64,000 bases of DNA from Lama guanicoe (lineage: Eukaryota). The stretch spans positions 248,001 to 312,000 of the forward strand of contig MU053645.1 of the NCBI GenBank assembly GCA_013239625.1. Direction: 5' to 3'. The first letter of the stretch is position 1; the number at the start of each line of letters is the position of its first letter. The notes under the pieces are model-generated. The model had not been told where the DNA came from. It saw only the letters and a program-made list of their open reading frames with translations, and ran no database searches. This document shows, one piece after another, positions 12,406 to 27,164 of this stretch. Made by a program: the position numbers and the translations under genes.

Positions 12406-14984
12406 TTGATGCTGGTTTTGAAGAGGCGTATCACTATTCTTGAACATTTATCTAGAGAACCTAGAAGTCATCTTGATATAAACTCTGTTCAGTAGTGCCA
12501 CCTTGTGGTTCACTGACACAACACAGAAGTTGTTTTATGACCTTCGCTGAAGGCCATGATGTCATAAACAGATTGTCTCCCAAATGAAATATTAACCCAG
12601 GATCAGCAAATCCAATTTCTAGGACATACCTTTTTTTTCAATTACAATGTATGTTTTGTGACAAATTAGTTTAAAATTCCATTTGTTGAAAACACACATA
12701 GAGAATGCTAGAAAAGGAATTTAGTTTTAAATTCTAGATTGAATGTTAAGTAACCTCACATTTCACAGTGGCGTTAGTGAATATTATACAGGAAAATCAC
12801 AAAGAATACCTTAAACTATAAATGTGGTGTTTTTTGGTCTGATTTTCCTACCATCAGTTATACCAATAATATCATACAGAAGCTACTAGCTGCACTGGAT
12901 TAACAATGCTCCATTAAATAGATTTTTTCAAGCAAAGAATGACCTTTTAATTCTTAAGCATCACAGAGAAAGAATAAGAAAATTCTCCTAGCTTTCATTC
13001 CTATCATAAGAAAAGAAACTGCTGCTTAAATCTTTTGCATACATTCATAGGCTTGCTTATATCTGAGTAATAGAAGATATATAGTAACAATGTTTCATAG
13101 CCATTCCTGACTCTAGGCTCAAGCCTACTGGCATTTGGAATCGAGTCATCTGTATTTTCATCTCAGGCAACTGTTTGTCTTGCCATCAAGCTCATTCAAC
13201 TTATTCAAGTTTCGTTATTAACAGACGTCACTCATAAGAAATGATTTTTAGGGTAAGCAGAAAGCCAACTACTCAGAAAATCCCTCCCTCTACTCCACCC
13301 TACAACACATTACAGAGTATAAAAATCATTATTATGGCCTCAATTTTATTACAGTAATTAAACTCCCTGATTATTCAAATGTTAGCTGAGAAAAAGACAA
13401 ATTGATTTATCATTTGTCATTAATGCTTTAGAGTGTTAGATGATCAGATTAGATAACTTCAAGAATGGTCATGAACAGTCAAGTGTTGATAGAAGCAGGT
13501 GGTGGAGGAAAGAAAGGACTAGAGTCCAGGAGAGATTGCTTCTCAGCTATAATGAAGGTTGCAGGAGCCTAGAATGAGGAGCAAGGTAAATGTGGCTGAG
13601 AAGGGATTCTCAAAGTGAGAAGGGAGTAAAAAAAAAAAAGAATGTGGGGTGGAGAGCTGAAAAGACAAAAGGTGCCAAGTCACAATTTTACTAGAGAAAT
13701 TTACAGTGTTTAAAATGTATACACCTGAAACAATTAGAGAACAACACGAAATGCAAAGACTAGTTAATGACATGAATTCCTGGCTCCCAGATACAGTCTA
13801 AATACAGTTTAAAAGATTCAAGAGAATAGTATATGATGCCATGTGAAGGTTTTAAATATAGTCCTAAGAAACTCCCTTGATTAATTCATGATCTCACAAC
13901 TATTTTCTAGGGCTGTACTCCAAAATATAGTAATTGGTACAAACTTGTGTTCCTTTTCCAGGACCATTTGAAATTATCTAGGAAAGAACATAAATTCCTC
14001 AACGTGTTGATTTCAATTTAGCAAGGATTTCTGTTCTTGGTTAATTACTTTAGATAATCAAATAAGCAGCATTATTTAGTTTGCTCTGCCCAGGAAAAAA
14101 CAGATTTTATTACTGGACTGTTGTTCTTCAATGGCTCCAAGCTGAGTATAAGCATTGTGAATCTGTCCTACAAACATAAAATGTGGCATGTCCCTGACTT
14201 TAGGACACTGGTTACATATAAAACATCATTAAAAGGTATATGTGTCTGCTTTAAACAAAAAACACTGTAGGACAATCTTTATATACATAACAAAATAAAT
14301 AGAGGGATGGTCATAAGAACTTTCTGGTTTAAAACTGGAATAGTACTAGTTTTCATCAAACACAAAACTCCTCAAATTCATTTTTGGAAGGTCAAATTAC
14401 CACATTTTAGATTACTTCCAATTTGAGGGAATATCTCAAAAGTAATAAAGGAAGGTCAACTTCTCATTGGGAATCCAGGATCAAACTATAGATTACCAAC
14501 TGATTGCAGAAGAAAATTACAAATTGTCTGCAACCTGCTCATTTGAAACTTAGCCTTACTGACTTCTAGCAGACCAGTCAGTCCACCATACTTCTTTTTG
14601 GCCCACAGCATCTCAAGATTTCCACTTTTCTTTGATTGGTCTGTCCTCTGCCTTGGGGCATATTCACATGGAGATAAATGTCTATTCTGGTTATTCATTA
14701 TGATTTCTGTTAGGAAATCTAGGAGATAGATGTAGATGTGGATGGGAGAGTAGGGAGAGGGGTAATAGTAGAGCAGGGAACAGCTGATGGCCCTAGTTTT
14801 CTCAAATCTCTTATAAGTACAGAACCACATAGACAATGATAAGCAAGATATGTGGGTAAGTTAATTACATACAGACAATTGTAATGGAAAAAATAAATTA
14901 AGGCAATAAAGTCTACTTTTCAAGTACATCATCATATCAAGTATTTAGTCATGCCATTAATAAACTCAGGTGAAAAAAAAGTTC

Positions 14985-15092
14985 TCAAAGCCTAGGAATA
15001 TATTTCTTTCATTTTGGTATCTCTAGTCCCTAGTAAAATGGCTGGTACATAAGACCCTATTAATGAATACTAGTTGAGTGAATGATGAATAG
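14985..15092 (+). mobile_element. L2 3' end fragment
   Basis: GTATCTCTAGTCCCTAGTAAAATGGCTGGTACATAAG...GTTGAGTGAATGATGAAT. Confidence 0.55.
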
Positions 15093-17254
15093 AGTAACTG
15101 GGATGGCTTCCTGGAAGATGTAGAATATCAGCTGGACCATGAAGATGGCATAGCATTTGAATAGACTCTGAAGGGCAGGGTAGACCCAGTGAGTGAGACA
15201 CCATGAACAAAGCCTATGAGGTAAGGCTTATTATGAAGGCACAGCCACTGAAGGAGAAAAGAAGAGGAAAAAGGAAAAGTGGGCATAAAGAGAAAAAGAT
15301 GAACAGAAGAGACTACAAGAATGTACCTGTTTTTGTCACACCAGAAATTTAAGTGTAAATTTAAAAAATAAAACCTTATTTAACAGAAGGTAGATGTGAT
15401 CATTGAGAAATTAGCCATTAGTAGTTTGGTACTTTATGGACTGGCTTTTATTAGTTAATGGTCTAATACAAATATCAGGGTGGTTAAGGCACTGAAAAAC
15501 CAGCACTGAATTGTAGTAATGATCAATTTCTTGGGGATTACACATTTTAAACCATAACAAATGATTTAAAACAGCAGTTGTGACAGCTGTGTTGGAAAAA
15601 TCCATCATTCTGCAAAAGTTAATTACCACACTTTTCCCCAGAAAGAATGCAAGACAGTCCTTGATGGCCTTGTAATTTTGATTAGGCTAAAAACTATTTT
15701 TAATCATGCTGTTAAGGAAACTGTTGTGGAAAGACTGCCGACTATACAGCAGTTCCTACACAGTCCTTCCAGTTATTTGCTTTGCCTTCTGGTGGCAAAT
15801 CTAAACCACATAATCCCCAGGGCATTCTTTCTTTCTTTCCAATTGGTTTTGTGGTGGCAGAAGGCCACAAGGCACTTACTATACTTATGTCCATTCGGGA
15901 ACCTTGTTTTTCATTCACACAGTTTTGTCCTTCTAGTCATTTGTTTGGGTGCCAGCTTTCTCCTAGCAAACAAACCAAATGATGCTTCAAGGCCACCAAG
16001 AGTGCAGCCCGAAACAGTATCCACTGAGTACTTTATGCTGTGCTGTGGAGGAACAAGACAATGTGGCTAACAGGATAGGTTTTGCCAGCATCATGTCTAT
16101 GCAGAAAAACAGACATGAGGCTACAGAGAACTTTCAAAAGCTAGCAAGCCCATGAAGAACTTTCAAAGGTTAGCACATTCATATTCCTCCTCCAAGCAGG
16201 GACTTTTTCTTAACCAGTATTTGAGATGGGAAGTAATGGTGGTTTGGTTCTTTTTGAAAGTCATTTCATTTGCTTTCCTTTTTAGTCTTCATTACCACCA
16301 CCAAGCTCAAAAACCCCAAAGGGCAGATGAATTTGGAGCAGTCCGTGTTTGGAGGTGTGGCCAGGATTGGAGAGGGTCTAGCACAGACTGGTAGTAGTGG
16401 TGAGTGGGCAGAGCTGGGGACATATAAGGCAACATGTTAATCACCCCACACCTCACACATTATCCATCAGGAAGATGTATTTATTTTAAAGATTGCCAAA
16501 GGAAGAGATGCAGTCTGGGGAGTTCCATAAAGCAATCCAACCAACTTTATATTTGCTTTAAAAAGTTGTATGGAATTCATAGATGTATAAATGTTTGATA
16601 AATGCCATTTGATAACTGACAAGATTATAAAGACTTACATTTTTTTAAATTCCCACAAAGCCTAGTACAGTGTTAGACCCCCAAAACTGTGTTTATTCAA
16701 TCTGATTGACGGGCAGTAGTCATTTAACTGACAAGGGGCACTAAAAAGACTCTCTGATTTGATTTTGCATGAGCACCCTATCATCAAAGGAGTTTTGACA
16801 CAACCAAGTGTATCAAAGTTGGAAAATTCTTTTTGGGTGTGACTTTCTCCTTTTGGAGAGAATTCAGAATAAGCAGGAGCAGATATTTCTGGCTTTGAGC
16901 AGATGGAGCCTGTAGTTGAATAAATAATATCTTAACCTTGACACTTTAGGATTGAAGACTTCTATAATCAAGTTGTTACAAATTTTAGAACTTGCAATTC
17001 TGGGGGAAACAGGAACTACGCTTCTTTCAAGAATAGTAACAGAGACTGTTGCTGGACTTTATATTGTTTATGACACAGTTGTCACTTTTAGGTCCCTATG
17101 AAGAAGTGTCATATCTTTATAAATATATCATGAGATTTAATTTGCATTCCTGTTGTTTCAGCAACATAAATGAAACTTACATCATAAGTTGGTACTTTAT
17201 ATTCCTGAGGCCTCATAAGGTCCTTTTATCTAATTAATCTATTTACCCATCTGT

Positions 17255-17365
17255 CTCTGCTATTAGATTAGCTGCTCTCTAAAAGCAACTTTCCTCTCTC
17301 TATATCTTTAGAGTCTAGCACAAAGCCTGGCATGTCACCAGCACTCAGCAAAAATGTATCGAACT
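17255..17365 (+). mobile_element. L2 3' end fragment
   Basis: TAGATTAGCTGCTC...TCTAGCACAAAGCCTGGCATG...GCACTCAGCAAAAATGT. Confidence 0.5.
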
Positions 17366-20300
17366 AAACTATGTTAATATCCATATGAAGCTCTAAATGA
17401 GGGAGGAGATGCATGGGCAAAGGTCTGTGTGTATATGTGTGTGATGGTGGGGAAGGCACAAAGATACTTTTTATGCCACGTTATGTGGGAGAAGATTTGG
17501 AGGGAGCCCAGAATCCAATGTTCCCCATGATACATTGGGGTTTTCTGACAAAGACTGAAATGCTGCACTGTAGCAGGGTACTCCAAGGAATTCAAAGATC
17601 ATTATTTGTGCATAGGCGAATTTCATTTTCTGACCCTATAATCATCTTTGTGGTTCCACTGTGAAGCCACTCAAAGTTCCTTACAATTCTCTTCAGTCAG
17701 AGACCCTCAAGAGAGAAGATATGCGTTAGCTTAGTTCAGAGGCCATGATCCTGCATAAGTAATAGAAGGTCCAAGGCTCTTGCCAAATTGGTCCAAGTTT
17801 GGTTTGTCAGGTGAAATTACCTAATTCTTATCCGTACTTCTCCTAACTCATGGCTACTATTCCCAAAGCTTCTTCACTAAGGATCTGTTGTTTATACCTC
17901 TTGTGGTTATATCTACTACGAATTCATGAGATGGTAAGAGCTCCAAGTTTCTCACTTTTTTTTTAACTTAGCAAACCTCCAAATCATCCAAACCCTGGCT
18001 AAATAGAGCCAAAGTATATGTACTGAAACAGAAATTTTGTAGCTAAAATGCTACTAACCACCAGCATAATCCAACAGAATAATGTTTTTCCTCATCCAGA
18101 AACCTGGGACAATCATGGTCATGCTTATTAGAACTGCGAAAGGAGTCGGAAGAGGGCCTTCGTGGTTTCAGTGGCTATGTAGCTTAGAAACTGCCCTGTA
18201 ATTTGAGGCAGTTACGTGTGCTTATACAGCAGCTTCAACTGAGTTTTATTACCCTTGTTATTACTCCTGCAGGGAAAAATAGGTCAAAATATGTAGTAAC
18301 ATCATTTGTAAATGGAGCTGCTCTCTACTGCGTTACAGCATTCAAAGAGCAAATTGCACAAAATAGACAATAAAGCTCAATGTTCTTGGCTGCAGAATAC
18401 ATACAACATTTGCTAGAAATAAATGAAGAGCTGCTACTAGGCAGCTAAGGGGAGATCTCAATGCACTGCTATATGACAAGCACATCGGCGTCCATGGGGG
18501 ACAAAAGTACAAAGCTACTGAGGGTCTGTATTACATCATAAAACCTTCAATGCTGGTCACAAATTCAGGTTTAAAGTCAGTCTGTAACTGCTCATGCTGA
18601 GGACACTATATAGGAGCTCTGTGAGACTAGGGCCTGAATTATATCAAATGCTCTGAAAACACTTCCAAACACCTTTGTCTATGATGTATAGTGAAATCAT
18701 GATCAAGTAGGAGATGATGATTTAGTTCTCCTTGTGTGAAGCTTCCTCACAGTGATATTTTCCCCCTCTGAAGGACCATACACTACAAAAATAAAGAAGG
18801 AACTCAGCTACCAAAAGCAACTTTTGTATACAGATTTTTTTTTCCTCTCGGTTACCATTTTCTCCCATTGTCATAGATAGTATCTCTTTCTCTCTTTAAG
18901 GTTTGTCTGGGTTTGACCATGGGGTAGTTGATGAGGGCATGGGCAAGAGCAAAGAATCAAACCCTCTATAAGCAAACAGGTTTCCGCACACAACAGATAA
19001 TGCATCATTGCAGTGCCACAATGTTTTAACACAGATTGCTTTCTTTATGCAATGCATGAATCAGTTAACACTCATACAAAATGCATTCCACCTGCTCGGA
19101 CAGATGTAAGTTGTAGTGTTTTTGATCCTATCAAACAGCACAACTAGTTGAAAGAAAAGCACTGAGAAAAATGGGTAAGGAGAGAGACTCATCCAAAGAA
19201 GCAGCTTTGCCTCAAAATCTACCCAGTCAAAGCTGGAACCTCAACTCTCCCATGTCTGTCCACAGAGGTACAGACACAATACCCTTAGTAGGAAGCTAAA
19301 GTGGAGAGGGATGTTGATGCCTAAAAGAAAAAAGTCCTTAAAAACTGAATTGACTATAATCTACAGCAGTAATTAACATTCTCAAAGGCACCTTAGGAGC
19401 ACCTATATTTGACTGGGATGAACACTAAGACTTAGGGAAATGCTAAAGAGGAGGGAGAATGGAAAAGGAAGGAGTACTGGGGGAAGTGAGAGAACATGCA
19501 GGGTGTAGAAAAGATTGAGAAAGGAGATGAGGAGAAAAAATGGTTTCCACAGAAGATAGGCCAAGAAACACCGATAGCCCTCAGGGTCTAATCAATGCTC
19601 TAAAGCAAAAGATGTGCAGAAACTAAAGGAAGGATATTTTCCACCAATATTAATTTGGTAATTTACCACTAACTCTCAGATGCTGCCAGTCTCAAAAAGC
19701 TTGGGAGCCCACATTCTAGCCCCTAAGATGACTTAAGCGTACACCTCATTGAACTGACTTTGAATCGACCTTGGATGGACCTTTATAGGCAATGCTCCAT
19801 GTGCTAGATGTTTACTCCCTTAACACTCCACTCTGCTACCCTATTCCTTCAGGATCCTGCTCTGGCCTTTTCAAAGTCAAAGCATTCTCTAACCTTCCCT
19901 TAATGATGTATTAGGAAGGTCTTGTCTAGTGACCTCCCTTCTCACCCTGGTACTATATATGCTTTAAACTATATTTCTGGATTTGCCAATAACAGGCTGT
20001 TTGCATCAAGCCTGCAGAAGTGAAATCTGAAGAGTGTGAAATCAACTAAAAGGCTCAAAGTTAAACCCCTAAGTGTATCCCACACAGTTGAGTGACAGAC
20101 AGATGTGGGTGAGGGAAAGGATAGTGAGATATAGCCCCCCAGAGAATGCTGAGCTGAAAACTGTACCATGATAAAAGGAGAATGATGCTAGTAACACAAG
20201 GAAATAAAATCCAAGTACAGGAAGATCTTAGTTAAGGCTAACCAAAAGAGGATAGTCACTGAGGCAAGTCACACCTAGCAAGGCAATGCGGAAGACTGAG

Positions 20301-20445
20301 AGATTAAGGCAAGAATAACTTTGAATATTAAGGCTGAAAACATACCTTTATACCAAATATCGGGTTATTTCAACAAAATCTGTGTGTGTTTGTGTGGGTA
20401 TGTTTGTGTTTCCATGTGGGAGGAGCATTAGTGGGGAGCTGTGCA

Positions 20446-20447
20446 TG

Positions 20448-20480
<33 letters not shown>
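20446..20480. repeat. (TG)n microsatellite
   Basis: Direct reading; one interruption. Confidence 0.95.
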
Positions 20481-22194
20481 AGCAATCATGATTTCCAAAT
20501 TTGGAGGAAAGGAAAAAAGAGATCCAAAAGGTCATGGGGGGATATAAAAACCAATTTTGCTTTCTTCACAATTTTGACTTTTTTCTTTCCTCCTTCAAAT
20601 AGTTTTCCCATTTTTCCTGCTGTATTCTCCACCACTAGCCCCCCAGATAGCATCACAGCCACAATTAAGTCCAAGACTCCCTTCCCACTCTGATGCTCTT
20701 TTTACTCCTTCACACAACCTCCATATTAAAGAAGTATTTATTAAATACCACCTATAGACTAGACACCAGGCAAGACATTATAAAAATTAGTTACAGTTTC
20801 TACTTTGAAGGAATTTTTAAAATTGTAATAAATGTACACATACTAACATAATTATAATACAGGAGATAATGTGGCAATTTGTATAAGGGTGCAAATGAAA
20901 ACTTACAAGTTCCCTGAAAATGTTAGAATTATATTTAAGATTTCCCTATTGAAAATATTTCACAAATACATACCAGCATTCCCTCAAATCAGTGAGATTT
21001 TACATATTTGACTATTTCCAAATTCCTAGTATATATTAGAATTCATACAGAATAGCTACATTTTGTTAGGTCATAGGTTCTATATGGTCTCATATTGATG
21101 GCAATGCTACATATTACTGCTATTTACTGCTATAATCATAAGCTTCAGGGTGGATTCATGATTAAATCCAATAGAGCAAACTGCTAATATTTAGAGGATA
21201 TAAGAAAAACAACTGGTATAAAAGTCTAATTAAATTTTTTGTTTTCATTATTATTTATAATGGAAGAAAGAGTTTCATCTGTAAAGAAGTCTGTGAATTC
21301 AAATGCAGTCAGAAATGTACTGTTTAAATATTATCTTAACCAGTTAATATTTCTCTGACAATGCTGAGACTTATTAAAAAATATAAATATGTTTGATGAG
21401 ATTTATTTTCAGAGTGGGTTTGTGTAAGTCAGATTGTGGCCTAATTCGTAGCATATCTATAACCTTAGCAAGCTCAAACTGGCTAATCACCAGATCTTTC
21501 AAAAACCGTATATCATACCTGCCTTAGGATCAGAGTATGGGGTCCAGAAAAGGCACTTTACCCATACCTAACTTGGGCAAGAGAGCATCTGTAAGATGTA
21601 GCTTTGGTAGTCACTTTGCTTTTTTCAAAGATTAAATAATTATTTTATGCTTCATTAATTTAGAAGAATTTTCAGGAAAACCAATCTGAATTATTTCAAA
21701 ATCTAAACTGAAGTAATTTCAGTATATTGATCCAGATTGTCAAATAGACAATCTTAGGGAAACTACTTTAATGATTGAGTAAGAATGATTTACAATTAAT
21801 TCATCAAGACTATACTAAAGTATAGTTTTTCACTATTTTCTACTGCATACAATCCAACAAAAATTAATTGATTGTTTGCAAAGCATTATGCTAGGAAATG
21901 TATGACAAATCTAGTGCTGCCAAAGGACTTAAAACCTGTTATTCTTAAATAGATTAAATAATCTTCTTACAAATGTCTGTTATATTAATTTTCTTAAACA
22001 CTTTCTCCCCAATCAGCTAACAAGTACTATGAATTATTATGCTATGTGTTTACTACTATTATTTGATATGCATGAGAGCTTTAAAATAGCACTTTCCTAT
22101 TTAATTAAAATTATTATCAGATTGGATAAATATCTAACTGGACAAATATTTTGAGTATATATTAAAATATTAGTTTCTCTATGAGTTATTTATA

Positions 22195-22620
22195 TATGCA
22201 AGTTTTTTGATTTGTAAATATATGAGGATGTTTGTTACCATTTTGTTGTTGCTTTCTAAATTGTATTGAATTTTTGTCAGAGAGTATATTCTGTAGGATC
22301 TTTAATATTTAAGATTTTCTTTATAGCCAAGCATATAACCAACTTTCCAAAATATCTCGAGTGCTGGGAAAGAATGTTTATTCCCTAATAGTTGGTTGCA
22401 GAATTCTACTTATTTCTAAGAAATCAAGCTTGCTAATTATATTTTCATTAATTTTTGGTCAATTTGGCCTATAAAATTCTGAGACAGGTATTAAAGTCTT
22501 CCACTGTGATTGGGAATAGATTAATTTCTCCTTGCAATTCTATCAATTTAGCTTTACTCACTTTCAGAGTATATTTTAGGTGCATATGCATATGCATAGA
22601 AAGTCTGATATTTTAATATT
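22195..22620 (-). mobile_element. Degenerate old L1M fragment
   Basis: TCTGAGACAGGTATTAAAGTCTTCCACTGTGATTG...TTTCTCCTTGCAATTCTATCAATT resembles the antisense L1 ORF2 endonuclease region. Confidence 0.6.
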
Positions 22621-23845
22621 TTACCAATGCTTTTTAAATTCCATCATTATTCAATAAATTTCTTTTAACACTACTAAAAATATACTTAAGCCAGGAAAAA
22701 TATGCATTTGTGTTGATAATACAAATTAAAACCTATCATGAAAAAAATCCGCTGACTTTTATTACTTGTTTTTTGTTTTGGTTTGTTTTAAGCACCTGAC
22801 TTACATTTTTTGAGAGCTATGCCACCTAGAGTACTCCCTAGGCTGTGCAGAGTTCCTTGGGCCAAACTTTGAAAACAAAATAACTGACGGAACTGGTTTT
22901 TGTCTGAATTGACTGACAAATGGCTGTGTTGGCAGAATCTAAAAGAAGAAAAGATTATCTTGCAGTAGTAATGCCTACAAACTGTAAGACCAATAGCTTT
23001 TTTTTCCTAAATAAGTATTGAACAGATACAGAAATAAAGCTAGAGACCTGCAAAGAAATATATCAATTTTATTTATTAATACATAAAATCCAATTCCTTT
23101 CAGGCTCAAATTACAATATTTACATAAATAGTAGCTCTGTAGACTTCACCATTTGTGTGGGTTTGAATGTTTGCTGTACCCCTTAACAGCTGTTGAAACA
23201 TACTGCAGGGTTTCCACTTCAGTAAGACAATTATTAAAAGGAAAAAAAGATTCCACTATCTCTCTAAGCCCACAACTGGGATTTCACAAAACCAAAGTAC
23301 TGTGGTTCCAAGGGTCTTCACTGGTGTTATGGTTATGTCAGTGACGTAATATAGAAGATGCTCTTATTTATCATATAATGTACCTTTATTCCATTGCGAA
23401 CTATGAGAAGTCAGAAAATCCCTATATATTTGTGGGGCCATACCTGAAAGAATGTGAGCTCACGGGCTTCCTCAAGGAGGAAACTGTACTATAAAAATTA
23501 AGCCTTCCTTCCAAGGAATAAACTGCTATCCTCCACTACCTCCTCTCCCATTCCAGGCACTGTCACTCCGGGCATAAGCTTAGAGAAATAGTGAGATTGT
23601 TTTATAATTATCCTGTTGAAATGGAACCCTTGCGATATGCTTCAGCCCATGAAGGAGTGCAACAGCATCTAAATACAAGGGAGATTCACAAATTAAAATA
23701 AACATCAAAGGCAATCTTGAAGAGGAAAAAAAATCTTTGAAGAGGAGCTGTGTAAAAGAACAGAGTAGGCCCATCCACATTGACTGCATGAAGGTGGGAA
23801 TACTGATGAGATGATTAGCTGTAGGCTGCCTTCTTGCTCAAACTA

Positions 23846-24003
23846 GGGGAGGGAGGGAAGGAAGGAGAGAGTAAGAGCAAGAGAAAGGAGAAGGAGGGGG
23901 GAGGGGAGAAGAGGAGGAGGAGAGAGAAGAAGAGGAAGAAGATAAAGGAGGAATAAAAGGTGGAGGAGGAGGAGAAGGAGGAACAAGAGGGGAGCAGGAA
24001 AAG
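23846..24003. repeat. Polypurine (GA-rich) low-complexity tract
   Basis: About 155 nt almost entirely G/A on + (GGA/GAA repeats). Confidence 0.9.
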
Positions 24004-26447
24004 ACTGACTCTGAGAGTGGGCAAAGTGTACAGCCAAAGCAATTCATTTTACTAGACCTTTTTGCTTAACTCTGTAAACTCAGCGAAGTTTACTAGTCTT
24101 GCAGCAAAATCCAGATACCCTAAATGACCTACTTTTATTCTTCCAAATTAACTCCAGCCTAACAAAGTCTTACCTAGTAGAAAGCTAAATGGAAACTAGT
24201 TTTTCTACCCTGACAAGTTTAACTACCAAATTACATCAGTAAGATTATTCAGGTATTGAGAACCACATATATGTGTGCATGTGGATATGTATGTTTCACT
24301 TAATAGGTATGTTATTCATTAAACTTTGGATGGCTTGATAACTTTGCCACCAGCTAAGATAAATGAAAATTTTCTATAAGGATCTGATTTCTTCTTCTAC
24401 TTGGTATATCTGATGGTTTTTTTCAGACTTTTTTCCACTACTGTTTATTTCATTCTTTTTAATTCGAAAGGATTTAGAAAATTCCAGATCAAACCATAGA
24501 GGGAGATTTTTCTAATAAATAGGGTGAGTAAATACGGAGAATTGGCCAGATATAACAGGGCAGTGGCCCACAGATGTTTTAAGATCTCCCCTATGCTTAT
24601 AAGGTAATGAGACATACTACACAACATTATAAGACTAAATATCTGCCTTTTGTCTGTGCCTCATTTAAATTTTTGATATTAAGCATAACCAAGAACTGTG
24701 GGATCCTTTCTACAGGGATTTGTAACTCTACACTCTGCCCCTTCAGGTATATAAATTAAACTCAGCATATCCGTGCAGTATACATTCTAAATAAAGTCAC
24801 AGTAATGGAGAAAAAAACCTTTTTAATTCATTTTAAAGTCTCTATCCAAATTATACATTTATATTGTTACATATGACACTGAATAAATATGGATAAAGGA
24901 AAGCTTAGAAGATCAACCTCTTGCAAAAAAAATGGCTCAATTTGGTTAAACACTGTTCTCCTGGGTTAATGACTAAACTGACTCTGACAGCAGAAGCCTT
25001 TTGAGAGATGTTTGGCATAAGCTCTTCTTATATAGTTTTCAGATATGATCACACATGGTGAGAAAAAACAGTCTGAGAAATGTCAAAGTGAGAAATGAAA
25101 GTCTCCTAGATAGAATTCTGAATTGTTAGGCTCCCTCTTTCATCTGAAAAAATATAAAAAATGCAGACTCTCCTGAAGAGAGTCTACTTAAGCCAATTTG
25201 AGCATTATCATTTTCTAAGGAGAAGAATAATCTTTTGCAAAGAATAACAGAAATCACTGAAGTGATGTCAGTGAATATCTCTAGGAATATTTAGAGGTAT
25301 TAAGGTTTAGAGAAGAGAAGGTTCTATGACAACCTGGAAAATTGTCTTCAAATATACAGAAGGTCATGGATGCTGCTGTGACTACTGGAAATTGATCAAA
25401 AAGAAATAAGTTTTAATTAAAGCAAAAAAGATTTTGATGAAGAGCAGCAAGAATTCTTTGACAATTAGAATAAGATATGGGAATAGGTTTCTTTCTTTTC
25501 ACTGAGACTTTTTAAAACTGTGTGTGCGTGTATGTGTGTGTAACTAACTTGAAAGTTTGAAGTTTGGGCAGTCTAAATAGAGAGGGTTGGTGTTGGAACA
25601 AAACTCTCTATTCACTGATAGTAATAGTACTCAATAATACAACTTCCTTCTTACCTTTTGCTACTTCAGCATCCTTAGAATCATCCCTAGTGTTTCCATA
25701 GTGACTTTTCTTCTTGCCTTTCAGGAAATGCAATCAATGTAGTACAAAAGCCTAGGCTGAGGTTTCATAAAAATCATATATCATACCACCCCATAGCTTA
25801 ACTATTATTCCTTGCCCACCATTTATACAATATTGCTTTTGTTTTTCCCAGGTTTATCATGTCGGATAAATGGAATATAAACTCTCCTGCTACTTTCTAA
25901 CTTTTTAGCTAATAAAATCCTAACTCTTAAACCAGCCACTCACCATTTGGAAGATTTAAATACAGTTTAAGTATGCATTTGCTAAGTACTACGCAGGGCC
26001 TCTGTGACACAAATGTACTGCCCATTGGAAATAAATTTAATCAACTTGCTTAGATGCATTAAGAGCACAATAAGCTCAAGCCCCTCCACCCTGGTTTTAA
26101 CATCTGCCACTGACTGTATCTATCATAAATGTTGACTTAGGAAAGTTAAAGCCACAAACACATTCATTTTAAAACCAACTTTTTCTCTGTATAGTTTGTT
26201 TGTACATCTAATGATCCATATCATAATACCAAAATATACTGTCACCCATTGCTATTCTTTGAAACAAATCTCTGGATGACCTCAGTCAAAGGAAAGTTCT
26301 AAAAAAAGCCCGTCAGAGACTATAGAACATATTTTTCATCTTGGAGATAAGCGACAACTTTCCTTTTATTCTTATTTTTTAATATCTTGTGATTATATTT
26401 CATTTGTATAGGATAATTATCTGACTGTTTTTTCTTTTCCCCTTCGT

Positions 26448-27164
26448 TTTTTTTAAGTTTTATCTTTTTTTCTTTTTACTTTTAAATATACTTTTACTGA
26501 AGTACAGTCAGTTTACAATGTTGTGTCAATTTCTGGTGTAGAGCACAATACTTCAGTCATATAAGAACATACATGCATTCATTTGTTCTCATATTCTTCT
26601 TCACTATAGGCTACTACAAGATACTGAATATGGTTCCCTGTGCTATACAGTATAAATTTGTTGTTTATCTATTTTATGTATATTAGTTGGTATCTACAAA
26701 TCTCAAACTCCAAATTTATCCCTTCCCACCCTCTTCCCCTTCCCCCAGTTACCATAAGTTTGTTTTCTATGTCTGTGGGTCTGTTTCTGTTTTGTAAATA
26801 AGTTCCTTTGTCTTTTTTTTTTTTAGATTCCACATATAAGTGATATCATGTGATATTTTTCTTTCTCTTTCTGGCTTACTTAACTTAGAATGACGATCTC
26901 CAAGTTTATCCATGTTGCTACAAATGGCATTATTTTATTCTTTTTATGGCTGAGTAGTATTCCATTTTATAAATATACCACAACTTCTTTATCCAGTCAT
27001 CTGTTGATGGACATTTAGGTTGTTTCCATGTCTTGCTATTGTAAATAGTGCTGCTATGAACATTGAGGTGCATGTGTCTTTTTGAATTAAGGTTCCCTCT
27101 GGATATATGCCCAGGAGTGGGATTGCTGGATCATATGGTAAGTCTATTTTTAGTTTTTTGAGGA
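26448..27164 (-). mobile_element. Young 5'-truncated L1 (cetartiodactyl/camelid-type 3' end)
   Basis: T-rich tail, TGAAGTACAGTCAGTTTACAATGTTGTGTCAATTTCTGG terminus, then ORF2 C-terminal sequence. Probable TSD TTCTTTTCCCCTTCGT (26432-26447) / TTCTTTTCTCCTTTGT (27165-27180), 14/16 identical. Confidence 0.92.

Noticed and set aside
15678..16070. 130-aa plus-strand ORF
   Set aside because: Non-ATG start, no recognisable domain and no exon context; consistent with a chance ORF.
23815..24047. Three overlapping S/P/L/F-rich ORFs
   Set aside because: Translations of a polypyrimidine low-complexity tract.
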